Origin: Thermoactinomyces vulgaris | GTDB lineage: Bacteria; Bacillota; Bacilli; Thermoactinomycetales; Thermoactinomycetaceae | Direction: 5' to 3' | NCBI RefSeq assembly: GCF_003688725.1 | Contig: NZ_REFP01000007.1 | Coordinates: 64,291-88,290, forward strand | Length of the DNA stretch: 24,000 bases | Shown: positions 1 to 10,248 of the stretch, in pieces | Position numbering within the stretch: position 1 is the stretch's first letter | Layout of the letters: each line of letters opens with the position of its first letter | Notes under the pieces: model-generated | The model's database searches: none | What the model saw: only the letters and a program-made list of their open reading frames with translations | Told to the model about the DNA's origin: nothing | Position numbers and translations under genes: made by a program

Positions 1-177
1 GATTTGGAAGACTGGTTTCAGCAGTGGCGGTTCCGGCACATGAAAACCGTGGAGCGGATCATCGGTTACAAAAAAGGAACCGGCGGCTCGTCCGGGGTTT
101 CTTATTTGAAAAAAGGGTTGGACCAATCCTTTTTTCCGGAGCTTTGGCATGTGCGCACAAAACTACAGGCGAGGTGA
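1..177 (+). CDS. kynA: C-terminal end of tryptophan 2,3-dioxygenase (5' truncated by window)
   Basis: Frame 1 reads [58 protein letters not shown], the conserved heme-TDO C-terminus ([24 protein letters not shown]); directly upstream of kynU. Confidence 0.9.
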   Translation, partial: DLEDWFQQWRFRHMKTVERIIGYKKGTGGSSGVSYLKKGLDQSFFPELWHVRTKLQAR

Positions 178-182
178 ATCCG

Positions 183-1466
183 GTGCCGTCCTTCTCCTCT
201 TTTTTTGAAGAAGCATGGGAGCTGGATCAAAACGATCCGCTCGGGAAGTATCGCGGGGAATTTTATTTGCCGGACGGGAAAATCTACTTGGACGGGAATT
301 CATTGGGGTTGCTTTCCAAACGTTCGGAGCTGGCCTTGACGGAAGTTTTGGACAGTTGGAAAAAACTCGGGATAGACGGCTGGGTTCAGGGAAAAAGGCC
401 CTGGTTTTATTTCGCGGAGGATTTGGGGCAAAAGATGGCGCCTTTGGTGGGGGCGCGGCCGGAGGAAGTGGTGGTGACCGGTTCGACGACGGTGAATATC
501 CACCAATTGGTTGCCACTTTTTACCGCCCGCAAGGTTCCCGCCGCAAGATCTTGGCGGATGTACTCAATTTTCCCTCCGATCTTTATGCTTTAAAAAGCC
601 AGTTGATTCTTCACGGATATTCAGCGGAAGAAGACTTGATCTGTGTGCCGTCTGACCCGTCGGGGAGATATTTGGATGAGGATGAAATCATTGCAATGAT
701 GAATGAGGAGGTGGCGCTGGCCTGGTTGCCGGCCGTTTTATACAAAAGCGGACAATTGTTGGATATGGAAAAGTTGACCAAAGCGGCTCATGAGCGCGGC
801 ATCCTCATCGGCTGGGATGCATGCCATTCTGTCGGGGCGGTTCCCCACCGGTTTGCGGAGTGGGGGGTTGATTTTGCCGCTTGGTGCACGTATAAATATT
901 TGAACAGCGGTCCTGGTGGGGTGGCCGGTCTCTATGTCCACAAAAAACATCACGGAACCAAACCGGGGCTTGCCGGTTGGTTTGGTTCGGACAAAGAGCG
1001 CCAATTTGAAATGGCACCGGAGATGATCCCCGGAAGCGACGCCGGGGCTTATCAGATCGGAACGCCGCATTTGCTCAGTATGGCTCCGCTCATTGGATCG
1101 TTGTCCATCTTTGCTGAAGCGGGGATGGAAGCCATACGCAAAAAATCGTTAATGTTAACGGACTTTCTTTTCAAAATGGTGGATCAGATTTTTTCTTCTT
1201 ACGGATTTGAAACCGGAACCCCGCGGAATCCCAAGCAGCGTGGAGGGCATCTTGCTTTGGAACATCCCGATGCCCTTCAAATCAGCAGGGCATTAAAGGC
1301 AGAGGGCGTCATCCCTGACTTTCGCCCTCCCAATGTGATACGATTGGCTCCGGTGGCTTTATACAACTCGTTCATCGATGTTTGTGAAGCCATGAAACGA
1401 TTGAAGCAGATTATGGATGAGAAAAAGTATCAACATTACCCCACTGAATCGAAAGAGGTGACTTGA
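183..1466 (+). CDS. kynU: Kynureninase; start likely GTG at 183 (GTG at 174 also possible) rather than the ORF-track start at 24
   Basis: PLP enzyme signature [45 protein letters not shown]; GGAGLAGWFG-type region; RBS-like GGCGAGGTGA at the end of kynA. The ORF upstream of 174 overlaps the kynA frame. Confidence 0.92.
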   Translation: MPSFSSFFEEAWELDQNDPLGKYRGEFYLPDGKIYLDGNSLGLLSKRSELALTEVLDSWKKLGIDGWVQGKRPWFYFAEDLGQKMAPLVGARPEEVVVTGSTTVNIHQLVATFYRPQGSRRKILADVLNFPSDLYALKSQLILHGYSAEEDLICVPSDPSGRYLDEDEIIAMMNEEVALAWLPAVLYKSGQLLDMEKLTKAAHERGILIGWDACHSVGAVPHRFAEWGVDFAAWCTYKYLNSGPGGVAGLYVHKKHHGTKPGLAGWFGSDKERQFEMAPEMIPGSDAGAYQIGTPHLLSMAPLIGSLSIFAEAGMEAIRKKSLMLTDFLFKMVDQIFSSYGFETGTPRNPKQRGGHLALEHPDALQISRALKAEGVIPDFRPPNVIRLAPVALYNSFIDVCEAMKRLKQIMDEKKYQHYPTESKEVT

Positions 1467-2098
1467 TGACCTGGATTGATATTTCCCAGCCCCTTCACTC
1501 CGGAATCCCGGTTTGGCCGGGAGATGCCCCGTTTCAATATGAATTCACTTACACCAAAGAAGAAAGCGGATCGGTCAATGTCGGTCAGGTGCAAATGAGC
1601 ACCCATACCGGAACCCATATTGATGCCCCTTTTCACTTTGACGAGGCGGGGAGCAAGGTGAACGAATTGGATGTGAATCTTTATATCGGCAAAGCCAGGG
1701 TCATTCATTTGCCGGGAAGAGAAAAAATCAAGGCGGAGGACCTGATGGAAAAAGAATGGGGCGGGATAAGCCGCCTTCTGATCCGGACCGATTCGTGGCG
1801 GGATCGGAACGTGTTTCCCGAAGAAATTTGTCATCTTGATCCGGATGCGGTCCCGTATCTGAAAAAACAGGGGATCCGCCTGATCGGGCTGGATGTTCCG
1901 TCCGTGGATCCGATCGACAGCAAGACGTTGCCGGCACACCATGCTTTATGGGATGCAGGCATCCACATTTTGGAGGGGGCGGTTTTGGACAATGTGGAAG
2001 AAGGGATTTATGAATTGATGGCTTTGCCGCTTCCCATTCTCGGAGGGGACGGGAGCCCGGTCAGGGCCGTGATTCGCCCGGTGGCAGAATCCCTTTGA
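1466..2098 (+). CDS. kynB: Kynurenine formamidase (KynB-type, metal-dependent cyclase family)
   Basis: STHTGTHIDAPFHF motif, IPVWPGD, GLDVPSVDPIDSKTLPAHH, GSPVRAVIRP; ATG overlaps the kynU stop (TGATG). Confidence 0.93.
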   Translation: MTWIDISQPLHSGIPVWPGDAPFQYEFTYTKEESGSVNVGQVQMSTHTGTHIDAPFHFDEAGSKVNELDVNLYIGKARVIHLPGREKIKAEDLMEKEWGGISRLLIRTDSWRDRNVFPEEICHLDPDAVPYLKKQGIRLIGLDVPSVDPIDSKTLPAHHALWDAGIHILEGAVLDNVEEGIYELMALPLPILGGDGSPVRAVIRPVAESL

Positions 2099-2104
2099 AG
2101 CGGT

Positions 2105-2136
2105 AAAAAGAGGCGGAGCATTTCCGCCTCTTTTTT
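2105..2136. terminator. Bidirectional Rho-independent terminator between convergent kynB and oxidoreductase
   Basis: aaaaagaggcgga-gcattt-ccgcctctttttt: GC-rich hairpin with A-run and U-run, between convergent ORFs. Confidence 0.85.
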
Positions 2137-3140
2137 CAGGAGAAGTTTTCGTTGACCAGAGTGACTTTTCCAACCGCCTGGCCCGATTCGAGCCGTCGAT
2201 GGGCTTCAGCCGCTTCTGCAAAAGCGTAAGTTTTTTCATCCAACAAGGGCTTGATTTTTCCTTCATCCACCCACCGGCTGATTTGTCTCAAGATTTCACC
2301 ATGGCGTTGCAGGCCTTTGCCGGTGAGAATCGGGAGGATCATAAAGACGGCATGCAGGGTCAATCCTTTGTTGTGCATGAGGGATAAATCATGCGTGGAA
2401 CGGGCCGCGATGGTGACGACATGGCCGTGGATTTTGACTGCTTGCAGAGAACGGTCGATATTGGCTCCGCCAACGGTGTCGATCACCACGTCAAAGCCTT
2501 CGCCGCCGGTATATTGTTTGACATAGTCATCCACTTCACTTTGCCGGTAAAAAATGGGGTGATCGGCTCCCAACCTTTTGGCGATTTCTGCTTTCCGGTC
2601 TGTGGAGACGGTGGTATGTACCGTGGCACCGGTGAGTTTGGCCAGTTGCAGGGCGATATGGCCGACGCCCCCGGTTCCGGCATGAACCAACACGTTTTGT
2701 CCTTCTTGAATTCGTCCCCGTTCAAAAACGGCTTCCCAAGCGGTGATCGACACCAAGGGAAGGGCGGCCGCTTCTTGGAAGGAGAGCGAGCGGGGTTTTG
2801 GCGCCACCAGCTCTTCGCGGACGAGCAGGTAGTCAGCCAGAGCCCCGCCATGCGTGTTTTTAAAGCCTCCGGCACAGGCAAAAACCTCATCCCCGACTTG
2901 AAAAGAGGTGATCCCTTCCCCGGTTTCTTCGATGACCCCGGCCACATCGCCGTGTAAAACGGCCGGCAGTTCGGGGGCAACATTCGGCACGGCTCCGCTT
3001 CGGATTTTTGTATCAATCGGATTGACACTGGTGGCGGCGACGCGGATCAGGACATGGCCGGGCAACACCGCCGGACGCTGGAGGGTTACCGGTTCAAACA
3101 CATCCGGGGAACCAAATTGGCGGATGATTTGTGCATGCAT
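2136..3140 (-). CDS. Zinc-binding dehydrogenase / NADPH:quinone oxidoreductase family (MDR)
   Basis: VLIRVAATSVNPIDTKIRSG, GDEVFACAGG, GQNVLVHAGTGGVGHIALQLAKLTGA Rossmann motif; RBS AAAGGAGGAG before ATG at 3140. Confidence 0.88.
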   Translation of the reverse strand: MHAQIIRQFGSPDVFEPVTLQRPAVLPGHVLIRVAATSVNPIDTKIRSGAVPNVAPELPAVLHGDVAGVIEETGEGITSFQVGDEVFACAGGFKNTHGGALADYLLVREELVAPKPRSLSFQEAAALPLVSITAWEAVFERGRIQEGQNVLVHAGTGGVGHIALQLAKLTGATVHTTVSTDRKAEIAKRLGADHPIFYRQSEVDDYVKQYTGGEGFDVVIDTVGGANIDRSLQAVKIHGHVVTIAARSTHDLSLMHNKGLTLHAVFMILPILTGKGLQRHGEILRQISRWVDEGKIKPLLDEKTYAFAEAAEAHRRLESGQAVGKVTLVNENFS

Positions 3141-3202
3141 GGTTTTCTCCTCCTTTATTTTTTAACAAATATAACATATCTTTGGCGTGAGAAGGAGGAG
3201 GA

Positions 3203-4378
3203 TCACTCGTCTTTGGCTTTGACACCGTAGTCCCGCAAATTGAGATCGACTTTAATGCGAATCGGAACGTCGGCAAACCATTTGACTTCCCATTCATTCT
3301 TGATGCGTTGCCACAATTTGTTGTCATGGATGCGGAGGGCGTCTCCGAAACCGGCCACATCGGCCTGATAAATTTTTTGCATTTTATACAATACCGAACG
3401 CATTTGATGGACGATTTTATCTTCTGCCCTTTTTTCCAAGCGTTTAAGATATTTCGGATCCGTGGCGTCTTCTTCTTCAATCCAGTCTTCCGTCAAATAA
3501 CCTCCGGTTTTTACGTGGACATCAAAAGAAATTTTGTCACCTTCCACACGGGGTTTGATTTTGCTGGACATGTTAAAAATCCTGACGGCGAAAATGGCTT
3601 GATCCTCATCATAAACGTTTAACACGCCGCCTCCCTTTTTTCCGGTGATCCAGTTGACCCCAGCAATGTCTTCGGAATTCATGAAACCGATCAATTTTTT
3701 GTTTCTCCCGCTGATGACAGCGGCATCTTCCAGTACGATTTCATCATTTTTTTTGGCGATGCAGGGGAGCAAAAAGCTTTGGTTGCTGGCCAAAAATTTC
3801 CCTGCTCTTCCATACGTCACCGGCTCTAATATCCGAAGCGAATATTTGGTGTTGTCTGCGATACTGAGAATTTTAAGAGCCGGCAATTCATTGCCTTTGC
3901 TTTTATCATCGCTCTGCAGAAACTCTCCCGCTTTTCCTTTCGTGCACAGGATGGTGCTGCTTAAGCGGACATACGGGCCTCGAAACAGATAGTCCAGCAT
4001 GTTTCGAAAATTCATGCGTTTGGCCAATTCTTCCCCGATCAACGTGATCTTCAGGTGTTGTCCAAGGAGCGGACCCCGGTTGAATAAAGCGACTTCCACA
4101 GCCATCTTGCCTAAGGTGTTTCCGGTGATCGTTGTATTTTCATAATCGATTGTCCCTTCTCCGCTGGAGGGTTGTTTCGGATCCATAATTTGAAGGGTGG
4201 CGTTGATCACCGGTTTTTCCCCTTCAATCCGGACTTCACCGGTCTCTGTGTCACCCAGATCAAGGGCCAGTCCGATATTGGCTGAAGTTTCTTCAATATC
4301 CCGGTAGTCCCAACAGCCTGTGAGCATGATCAGGCTTACGAGAATCAAACTGACAAACAGTCGCCTTTTTCCGTTCAT
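3203..4378 (-). CDS. Ger(x)C family spore germination lipoprotein (GerA receptor C subunit)
   Basis: Lipobox MNGKRRLFVSLILVSLIMLTGCWDYRDIEE; 'ANIGLALDLGD', RFFRGPYVRLS-type regions; third gene of a gerA/B/C operon; RBS GGAGG before ATG. Confidence 0.93.
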   Translation of the reverse strand: MNGKRRLFVSLILVSLIMLTGCWDYRDIEETSANIGLALDLGDTETGEVRIEGEKPVINATLQIMDPKQPSSGEGTIDYENTTITGNTLGKMAVEVALFNRGPLLGQHLKITLIGEELAKRMNFRNMLDYLFRGPYVRLSSTILCTKGKAGEFLQSDDKSKGNELPALKILSIADNTKYSLRILEPVTYGRAGKFLASNQSFLLPCIAKKNDEIVLEDAAVISGRNKKLIGFMNSEDIAGVNWITGKKGGGVLNVYDEDQAIFAVRIFNMSSKIKPRVEGDKISFDVHVKTGGYLTEDWIEEEDATDPKYLKRLEKRAEDKIVHQMRSVLYKMQKIYQADVAGFGDALRIHDNKLWQRIKNEWEVKWFADVPIRIKVDLNLRDYGVKAKDE

Positions 4379-4389
4379 GTTGACCTCCG

Positions 4390-5496
4390 TTAATTATGGT
4401 GTCTTGAACGCCGGTTGCGGATCCAGGCAACCACCAGTGCGATCGGCACAATGATGAAGACCACGAAGAGCTCGATGTGCACCAAAATGGTGCCCAGGTT
4501 AAAAAATTCATTGATATCCGCCGGCAGGAATGCGATCAAAAAGATCAAGGGAGAGACTCCGTAGATAAAAAAACGGATGTTTTTTCCGGTAATTTGGGAA
4601 ATCCCCAGACAAAAGATGTATTGCATGCTCACATAGGTGGCGAAGATTTGCAAGATCCAGACGGCCAGCAAAAACACTTCATATCGTTCGAAAAATATGC
4701 CTGTCAGTTCGTAGGAGCGGATTAATTCAATGGTCGGAAAAGTGAGGGTGATCGTCTGATCCGGTCCCAATCCGCCCACCACGACAATCACAATGACAAC
4801 GTAAAAGAGTGCGGGCACCAAAATCCCGGCGGAAATCGCTTTCCATGCTTCTTTTTTTCGTTGCATGAATGCGTTTAACACCAACATGAATTCATAACCT
4901 GAAAACGTCAGGGATGAACCGTGAATCCCTTTGATCACCGGTTCCACCCCCATTCCCATGACCGGCAGAATGTTTCGCCATTCAAACACTTTAAAGCTGG
5001 TGGCCAATACGACAAAGAAAAAGAAGAGAGTGATGGGAAGCAAAATTTCAAACATCCGGGCGACGGCAACGATTCCGCCGGTCATCAGATAAATCCCGAC
5101 AAACACCATGAGCGATATGGATACAGCCGGCGGGGTGTTGGGAAGCAAATAGAAGTGTGTCACCTCGGCCATGCCTCTCAATTCATAGCCGGCAGTGATA
5201 AAAAGATATGAGAGAAAGATCAAATTGGCCAAATTGCCGATCCATTTGCCAAAGATTTGCGTGCTGTATTGAAAAAAAGTTTGATCCGGATAATACCGGT
5301 TCAACCGGATAATCAACCATCCCATCAACAGAAGAATCAGGGTTGCAAGAATGACCGAAATCCAACCGTCCTGTCCTTGTGTGTCTTCCGTGACATTCCG
5401 GGGAAGGGTTAGGACGCCCATTCCCAGAATGACCGAGGCGATGAATATCGATGTTTGAATGGTGGTGATCTGTTTCCGATTGCTGTCTAGCATCAC
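4390..5496 (-). CDS. GerAB/ArcD/ProY family transporter (GerA receptor B subunit)
   Basis: ~10 hydrophobic segments; ITTIQTSIFIASVILGMGVLTLPR N-terminus typical of GerAB; between A and C subunit genes. Confidence 0.93.
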   Translation of the reverse strand: MMLDSNRKQITTIQTSIFIASVILGMGVLTLPRNVTEDTQGQDGWISVILATLILLLMGWLIIRLNRYYPDQTFFQYSTQIFGKWIGNLANLIFLSYLFITAGYELRGMAEVTHFYLLPNTPPAVSISLMVFVGIYLMTGGIVAVARMFEILLPITLFFFFVVLATSFKVFEWRNILPVMGMGVEPVIKGIHGSSLTFSGYEFMLVLNAFMQRKKEAWKAISAGILVPALFYVVIVIVVVGGLGPDQTITLTFPTIELIRSYELTGIFFERYEVFLLAVWILQIFATYVSMQYIFCLGISQITGKNIRFFIYGVSPLIFLIAFLPADINEFFNLGTILVHIELFVVFIIVPIALVVAWIRNRRSRHHN

Positions 5497-5506
5497 GACA
5501 CATCCT

Positions 5507-7060
5507 TCATTGTTTTTGCCGGACCGGGTCTTGGGGTTTTAAGGTGACCGGACGGCGGTTTGTGCGACTCAGCGGCGACCGGAACAAAATGTCTTTCCAA
5601 TCTTGGGTTCGTATGGGGGCAATCGGTGCCAAGTAAGGGAATCCGAAGCTTTCCAAGCGGACGAGATGAGTCATTGTTAACAAGAAAAAGATGATGATCC
5701 CGTACAAACCGAAAAAGGCGGCAAATAACATGAGCACAAAGCGCAAATACCGGAGAGCGATCCCGGCGTTATATTGGGGGATGGCAAAGGATGAGATCGC
5801 TGTCACCGCAACCACCACCAACAAGATGGGACTGACAATGCCAGCTTGCGCAGCGGATTCCCCGATCACCAACCCGCCGACAATACCCACGGTCTGGCCG
5901 ACCGATTTGGGAAGACGGAGCCCGGCTTCCCGCAACACTTCAACTGCCACTTCCATAAACAACGCCTCCAAAACCGACGGGAAAGGCACACCTTCCCGGG
6001 TGGCGGCAATGCTCATCGCCAGCCTTGTCGGGATCAGCCCTTGATGGAAGGAGGTAAAGGCGATATAGAAAGCCGGCAGGGAAATCGACAGAAAAGCAGA
6101 CATGTACCGCAAGTAACGTAGCAGGATCCCCGGAATCCAACGGGTGTAGTAGTCTTCCGGCGATTGCAAAAACATCCAAAACGTGACAGGTACAATCAGG
6201 GCAAAGGAGGTCCCGTCCAGAAGTATCGCCACCCGTCCTTCTGTCAGCGCCCCCGCCACCCGGTCCGGACGTTCGGTGTCTTGCACTTGCGGAAATGGAG
6301 AAAAGGTGTTGTCTTCGATCAAATGCTCAATATAACTGGTGTCCAATACTTCATCGATGTCGATCTCTTTTATGCGTTGATCCACCGTTTTGACCAATTC
6401 CGGGTCTGCGAGGTCCTGGATGTAGACGACTGACGCTTTGCGCTGTGTCCGCCTTCCGAGAACATAGGACTTATAAGTAAGATTCGGCGTGGCCAAACTT
6501 TGCCGGAGCAGCGCCAAATTGACTTCCAGCGAGTTGGTGAAACCGATTTGGGGTCCCCGGACAATTGCTTCGGTTTCGGAGGGTCCCAAGCTGGTTGTCA
6601 ACTTCTTGCTAGTGGCCATTACAATTGCTTGGTCGCATCCGTCCACCAACACGGCCGTGGATCCCCGGATCAAATGGATGAAAATATCCGAATAGCTTTG
6701 AATTGATTTGATCTTATAGAAACTTAAAACGTGGTTTTTGATCAAGTTGATGATTTCATCCGACTGGATGAATTCGGTTTCCCCGGTGGTGAATTCATCC
6801 CAGTTGTGCATCAAACGGTCGAGAATTTGTTCGTTGATGGTTTTCTCATCCACCATTTCTTTCATAAACAAACAGGCCGCCTGGATGTTGGTCCCGCCGA
6901 TTCGAAAGGAACGGATGGTCAAGTCCGGATGTTGTTCTGTCAGTTTGTTGAAATAATTCACATTGGTTTCAAGGTTGTTTTTCAAACGATCCGTATCGGC
7001 TGATTGTTTGTTTTCATGTATGTCTTTTTTCCGTTTCCGGTAGAAATGGCGCTTGATCAA
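5507..7060 (-). CDS. GerA family spore germination protein (A subunit)
   Basis: VRGPQIGFTNSLEVNLALLRQSL, EVLREAGLRLPKSVGQTVGIVGGLVIGESAAQAGIVSP, AIPQYNAGIALRYLRF motifs; probable TTG start. Confidence 0.94.
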   Translation of the reverse strand: MIKRHFYRKRKKDIHENKQSADTDRLKNNLETNVNYFNKLTEQHPDLTIRSFRIGGTNIQAACLFMKEMVDEKTINEQILDRLMHNWDEFTTGETEFIQSDEIINLIKNHVLSFYKIKSIQSYSDIFIHLIRGSTAVLVDGCDQAIVMATSKKLTTSLGPSETEAIVRGPQIGFTNSLEVNLALLRQSLATPNLTYKSYVLGRRTQRKASVVYIQDLADPELVKTVDQRIKEIDIDEVLDTSYIEHLIEDNTFSPFPQVQDTERPDRVAGALTEGRVAILLDGTSFALIVPVTFWMFLQSPEDYYTRWIPGILLRYLRYMSAFLSISLPAFYIAFTSFHQGLIPTRLAMSIAATREGVPFPSVLEALFMEVAVEVLREAGLRLPKSVGQTVGIVGGLVIGESAAQAGIVSPILLVVVAVTAISSFAIPQYNAGIALRYLRFVLMLFAAFFGLYGIIIFFLLTMTHLVRLESFGFPYLAPIAPIRTQDWKDILFRSPLSRTNRRPVTLKPQDPVRQKQ

Positions 7061-7074
7061 CGTCAGTCATCCTT

Positions 7075-7188
7075 TCATGAACGAATCCATTGAAAGAGGC
7101 GGGTCACGGCACAAGGAATCACGAGAATCAATATGGCAAAAATGAATATTTTCTTATCCGGAATATGCTCCACGATAAATTCCCACAT
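7075..7188 (-). CDS. Small 37-aa single-TM protein, first gene of ger operon (start at internal ATG 7188, not ORF-track 7257)
   Basis: MWEFIVEHIPDKKIFIFAILILVIPCAVTRLFQWIRS; AAGGTGA RBS 5 nt before ATG; 14 bp before gerAA; the upstream part of the 60-aa ORF overlaps the preceding terminator. Confidence 0.6.
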   Translation of the reverse strand: MWEFIVEHIPDKKIFIFAILILVIPCAVTRLFQWIRS

Positions 7189-7237
7189 GGTATCACCTTC
7201 ATGGTTAGTGTGTTTCAATGTTTTGTTTTTCATGCGC

Positions 7238-7265
7238 AAAAAAAGACGGCCGGACATGGGCCGTC
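7238..7265 (-). terminator. Rho-independent terminator of the carboxypeptidase gene
   Basis: Minus strand GACGGCC-catgtcc-GGCCGTC-TTTTTTT, about 38 nt after the stop codon. Confidence 0.88.
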
Positions 7266-7302
7266 ACAGATTTTGTGAGAAAGGATCTTAAATCTTATAT
7301 TG

Positions 7303-8604
7303 TTAATCCTTAGCTTGGCAATATTGTGCCTCTTTTCCGATGACCCGATAGGGACAATCGGCTTGTTCCGCCAGATAAAGAGCCGCTTCCCGGTTCCGTT
7401 CCGTTTCGCGTTCAATGACTTCATCCGGTGGATAAAAGCCTCCGCCGGAGGTTCCTTTCGGATACATTTCAAACGTGAAGGCGAAGATGTTATGTTCGCC
7501 GTATGCCCAGTCGGTCATGTCTCCATCCGTGATGTACAAGTCGCTGGATTGTTGGGGGGTGTAACCGTTGGTTTCAGCCATGGTTTCCCCCATGGTTTTA
7601 AATACCTGATAATCATCAGCGCTCATGTCATCCGGGGTGTTTTCGTAGGTGTATCCGTAGGGCCACAAGATCAATTCGCTGTAGGTGTGAAAACTGATGG
7701 CCGTTTTGATTTGCTGTTCCCCGTTGATCACCCGGCTGTTGACGAAATCGCGGAGAGCAGCAGTTTCCGGTGCGGAAAAAGGAGCTTGTCCGCGATAGGT
7801 TTCACTGGACGGATTGCTGCTGGAACCTCCGCAACAACCCCACTGGTAACCGTAGTTCCGGTTCAAGTCGGTGCCGATGGAGGAAGATCCGCTGTTGGGC
7901 TGGCGATTTTTGCGCCAGTATTGGTATTTGCCGGTGGAGATGTCGTACTCTCCCCCGTCGGGGTTCATATTAAAGAGGATGTAGATTTCCCGGGAATCGA
8001 CAATCTCTTTGATTCTCGGATCGGTGGCATAATTGTCGGTGTACAGGTGGAGCAGATAAAGAGCCATTTCAACGGTTAAATGTTCGCGGGCATGATGCAG
8101 GGAGGCGTAGAGAACTTCCGGCTCGTCTTCATCCTCTTGAACGTTGTCGCTGATCTTCACCGCCCACAGGTCACGGTTTTCATATGATTTTCCAATGCTG
8201 AATTTGCGGACGATGTCGCCGTGATCGGAAACGGCTTGATCAATCTCTTTAACCATTTCGTCATAGTTGTGGTAGCGGGAGTCGGCATCGGGGAAATCGA
8301 GGGTTCCCAACACCGGCTCGGCTTTGGGTTGAAAGCCTTTTTCTTTCAGGCTTTTCAGTTCCGTGTCGGTTGCAAGCACTCTCACATAATCCGCTCCGAC
8401 CTCTTCGATGGATGCACCGGTCCGGGCAATTTCGGTTCGTTGTTCTTTGCTTTTGACTTCAGGGATGTGGTAGAATCCGGTGGTGGAAAAACGGTTTTCA
8501 TCCAAGGATTCTGTTGCGCTGTTGACAAAGCCGGTCATCGGAAAGGCCGCCAAAAGCATCAGGGAGACAGTCAGGGAAAACCACCGTTTTTTACGGGAAA
8601 GCAT
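7303..8604 (-). CDS. Secreted zinc carboxypeptidase, M14 family, carboxypeptidase T-like preproprotein
   Basis: Signal peptide [30 protein letters not shown]; [16 protein letters not shown] zinc motif, [46 protein letters not shown]; close match from memory to Thermoactinomyces carboxypeptidase T. ATG 8604 with upstream AAAGGAG. Confidence 0.95.
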   Translation of the reverse strand: MLSRKKRWFSLTVSLMLLAAFPMTGFVNSATESLDENRFSTTGFYHIPEVKSKEQRTEIARTGASIEEVGADYVRVLATDTELKSLKEKGFQPKAEPVLGTLDFPDADSRYHNYDEMVKEIDQAVSDHGDIVRKFSIGKSYENRDLWAVKISDNVQEDEDEPEVLYASLHHAREHLTVEMALYLLHLYTDNYATDPRIKEIVDSREIYILFNMNPDGGEYDISTGKYQYWRKNRQPNSGSSSIGTDLNRNYGYQWGCCGGSSSNPSSETYRGQAPFSAPETAALRDFVNSRVINGEQQIKTAISFHTYSELILWPYGYTYENTPDDMSADDYQVFKTMGETMAETNGYTPQQSSDLYITDGDMTDWAYGEHNIFAFTFEMYPKGTSGGGFYPPDEVIERETERNREAALYLAEQADCPYRVIGKEAQYCQAKD

Positions 8605-8752
8605 GGGAACAAAGGCACTCCTTTCAAAAATATAATGAATTGGATAAAGATTGAAACTATTCAATTGATAAAAGAAGGCAATCTTTATCCATATGAATAA
8701 TTCTATGTAAAAATATCAAAACCTTCTGAAATTCTTTTTTCTTGCATACTAA

Positions 8753-8818
8753 AAGGCAGGTGCTTTTGGTTTGGTCCTGTTGTTGTTTCACAGAGGATTA
8801 ACCAAAGGCACCTGCCTT
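8753..8818 (-). terminator. Long inverted repeat downstream of mgtE, probable terminator
   Basis: aaggcaggtgcttttggt (8753-8770) versus accaaaggcacctgcctt (8801-8818), 17/18 complementary; followed on minus by a short TTTT. Confidence 0.5.
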
Positions 8819-8879
8819 CATCTCCTGATCAGAACTTTGATCGGTACTCAAAGTTTCATCAACCTCGATTCATCAGATT

Positions 8880-10232
8880 TTAAAGTTCCAATATCATTTT
8901 GGCAATCGTCATGTAAATGATCAATCCGGTTCCATCCACCAAGGTGCTGATCAATGGTCCGGAAACGACCGCCGGGTCTGCTTTCAGCCGGCTCAGGATC
9001 AGCGGCAATGCTGCGGAAACCACGGACGACCAGATGACAATAAACATCGCAGCCAACGCGACCACATAAGCCACGTCAAAGGTGACGCCCATGATCCAAG
9101 CCCGGATAAAGCCGATCAGTCCCAGCGACATGCCGAGAAACATTCCGGTGAGGAGTTCTTTTTTGATGACACGGAACAAATCTTGAAACTTGACTTCCCC
9201 GACACCGAGGGCCCGGATCAGTGTGGTGACAATTTGCGAACCGGTGTTTCCGCCTGTCCCGATTAACAAAGGGATAAAAAAGGATAGGGCAACCACTTGA
9301 TCCAGCGTGCTCTGGTAACTTTCCAAAACTGTTGCGGTATAAGCACCTCCGACAAACAAAATGAAGAGCCAGACAATCCGTTTCCGGTATAAACTCCAGA
9401 TGGAGGTTTTGAAGTAAGGTTCGGTCAACGGTTGGCTTCCTCCGATTTTTTGGATGTCTTCGGTTGCTTCTTCCTGAATGACCTCGACCACATCATCGTA
9501 GGTGACGATTCCGATCAACCGGTGTTGCCGGTCCACGACGGGTACGGCATAAAAACCGTAACGGGACAAAACCGATGCGACCTCTTCCTGTCCGGTTTCG
9601 GCCGGAACGGAAATGATATCGGTTTTGGCGATGTCGGAAAGCGGGGTTTTCGGATCGGCCAAAATGATTTCTTTGAGTGAAGCCACGCCAAAAAGTTTGC
9701 CACGTTGGTCGGTGACATAGATGTAGGAGACAATCTCCGCTTCATAACCCACTTTCCGGATGTGCCGGATGGTTTGTTCCCCCGTCCAATAGGCCCGGGC
9801 CGATACATAATCCACTGTCATCAAGCCGCCGGCCGTATCCTCCGGATAAGTCATTAGCTGTTTGATCTTTTTCCGGTAATCCGCCGGGAGCAGCCGTTGC
9901 AACTTTTCGGCTTGCAGCGGGTGGATGGCGAGCAGGAGGTCCACCACCATGTCACTGGACATTTGCTTGATCAATAACGAGGTGACCGTTTCGTCCATGC
10001 GGCTCAGCAACTCATAGGTTCTTTCCGGCTCGAGATATTCCAAAACTTCCGCGGCATGAGCCAAAGATAAATGGGTGATGAGTTCCCGTTGGAGATCCAC
10101 ATCCAAATCTCGGAAAATCTCGGCCAAATCGTATGGTTGCATTTGGCGCAAAAGCTCCAACAAGCGCGTTTCTTTTTTTTCGGAGCAGAACAGGTTTTGC
10201 AACTCTTCCTTGACGAAAGCTGCTTGACTCAT
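8880..10232 (-). CDS. mgtE: Magnesium transporter MgtE
   Basis: N domain and two CBS domains (TYPEDTAGGLMTVDYVSA), C-terminal TM domain with FVGGAYTATVLESYQ and PLLIGTGGNTGSQIVTTLIRALGVGEV. Confidence 0.96.
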   Translation of the reverse strand: MSQAAFVKEELQNLFCSEKKETRLLELLRQMQPYDLAEIFRDLDVDLQRELITHLSLAHAAEVLEYLEPERTYELLSRMDETVTSLLIKQMSSDMVVDLLLAIHPLQAEKLQRLLPADYRKKIKQLMTYPEDTAGGLMTVDYVSARAYWTGEQTIRHIRKVGYEAEIVSYIYVTDQRGKLFGVASLKEIILADPKTPLSDIAKTDIISVPAETGQEEVASVLSRYGFYAVPVVDRQHRLIGIVTYDDVVEVIQEEATEDIQKIGGSQPLTEPYFKTSIWSLYRKRIVWLFILFVGGAYTATVLESYQSTLDQVVALSFFIPLLIGTGGNTGSQIVTTLIRALGVGEVKFQDLFRVIKKELLTGMFLGMSLGLIGFIRAWIMGVTFDVAYVVALAAMFIVIWSSVVSAALPLILSRLKADPAVVSGPLISTLVDGTGLIIYMTIAKMILEL

Positions 10233-10248
10233 CTCGTTTCCCCCCTTT

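Noticed and set aside
24-182. N-terminal extension of kynureninase in the ORF track ([21 protein letters not shown]...)
   Set aside because: This stretch overlaps in another frame the conserved C-terminus of tryptophan 2,3-dioxygenase, so the true kynU start is a GTG near 174-183.
2391-2957. Plus-strand 188-aa ORF opposite the oxidoreductase
   Set aside because: Antisense to conserved MDR motifs; composition typical of a shadow ORF.
7300-8079. Plus-strand 259-aa ORF opposite the carboxypeptidase, and similar long antisense ORFs over gerAA, mgtE, spoVR and the ATP-grasp genes
   Set aside because: Shadow ORFs opposite genes with clear family motifs; no RBS or recognisable product.
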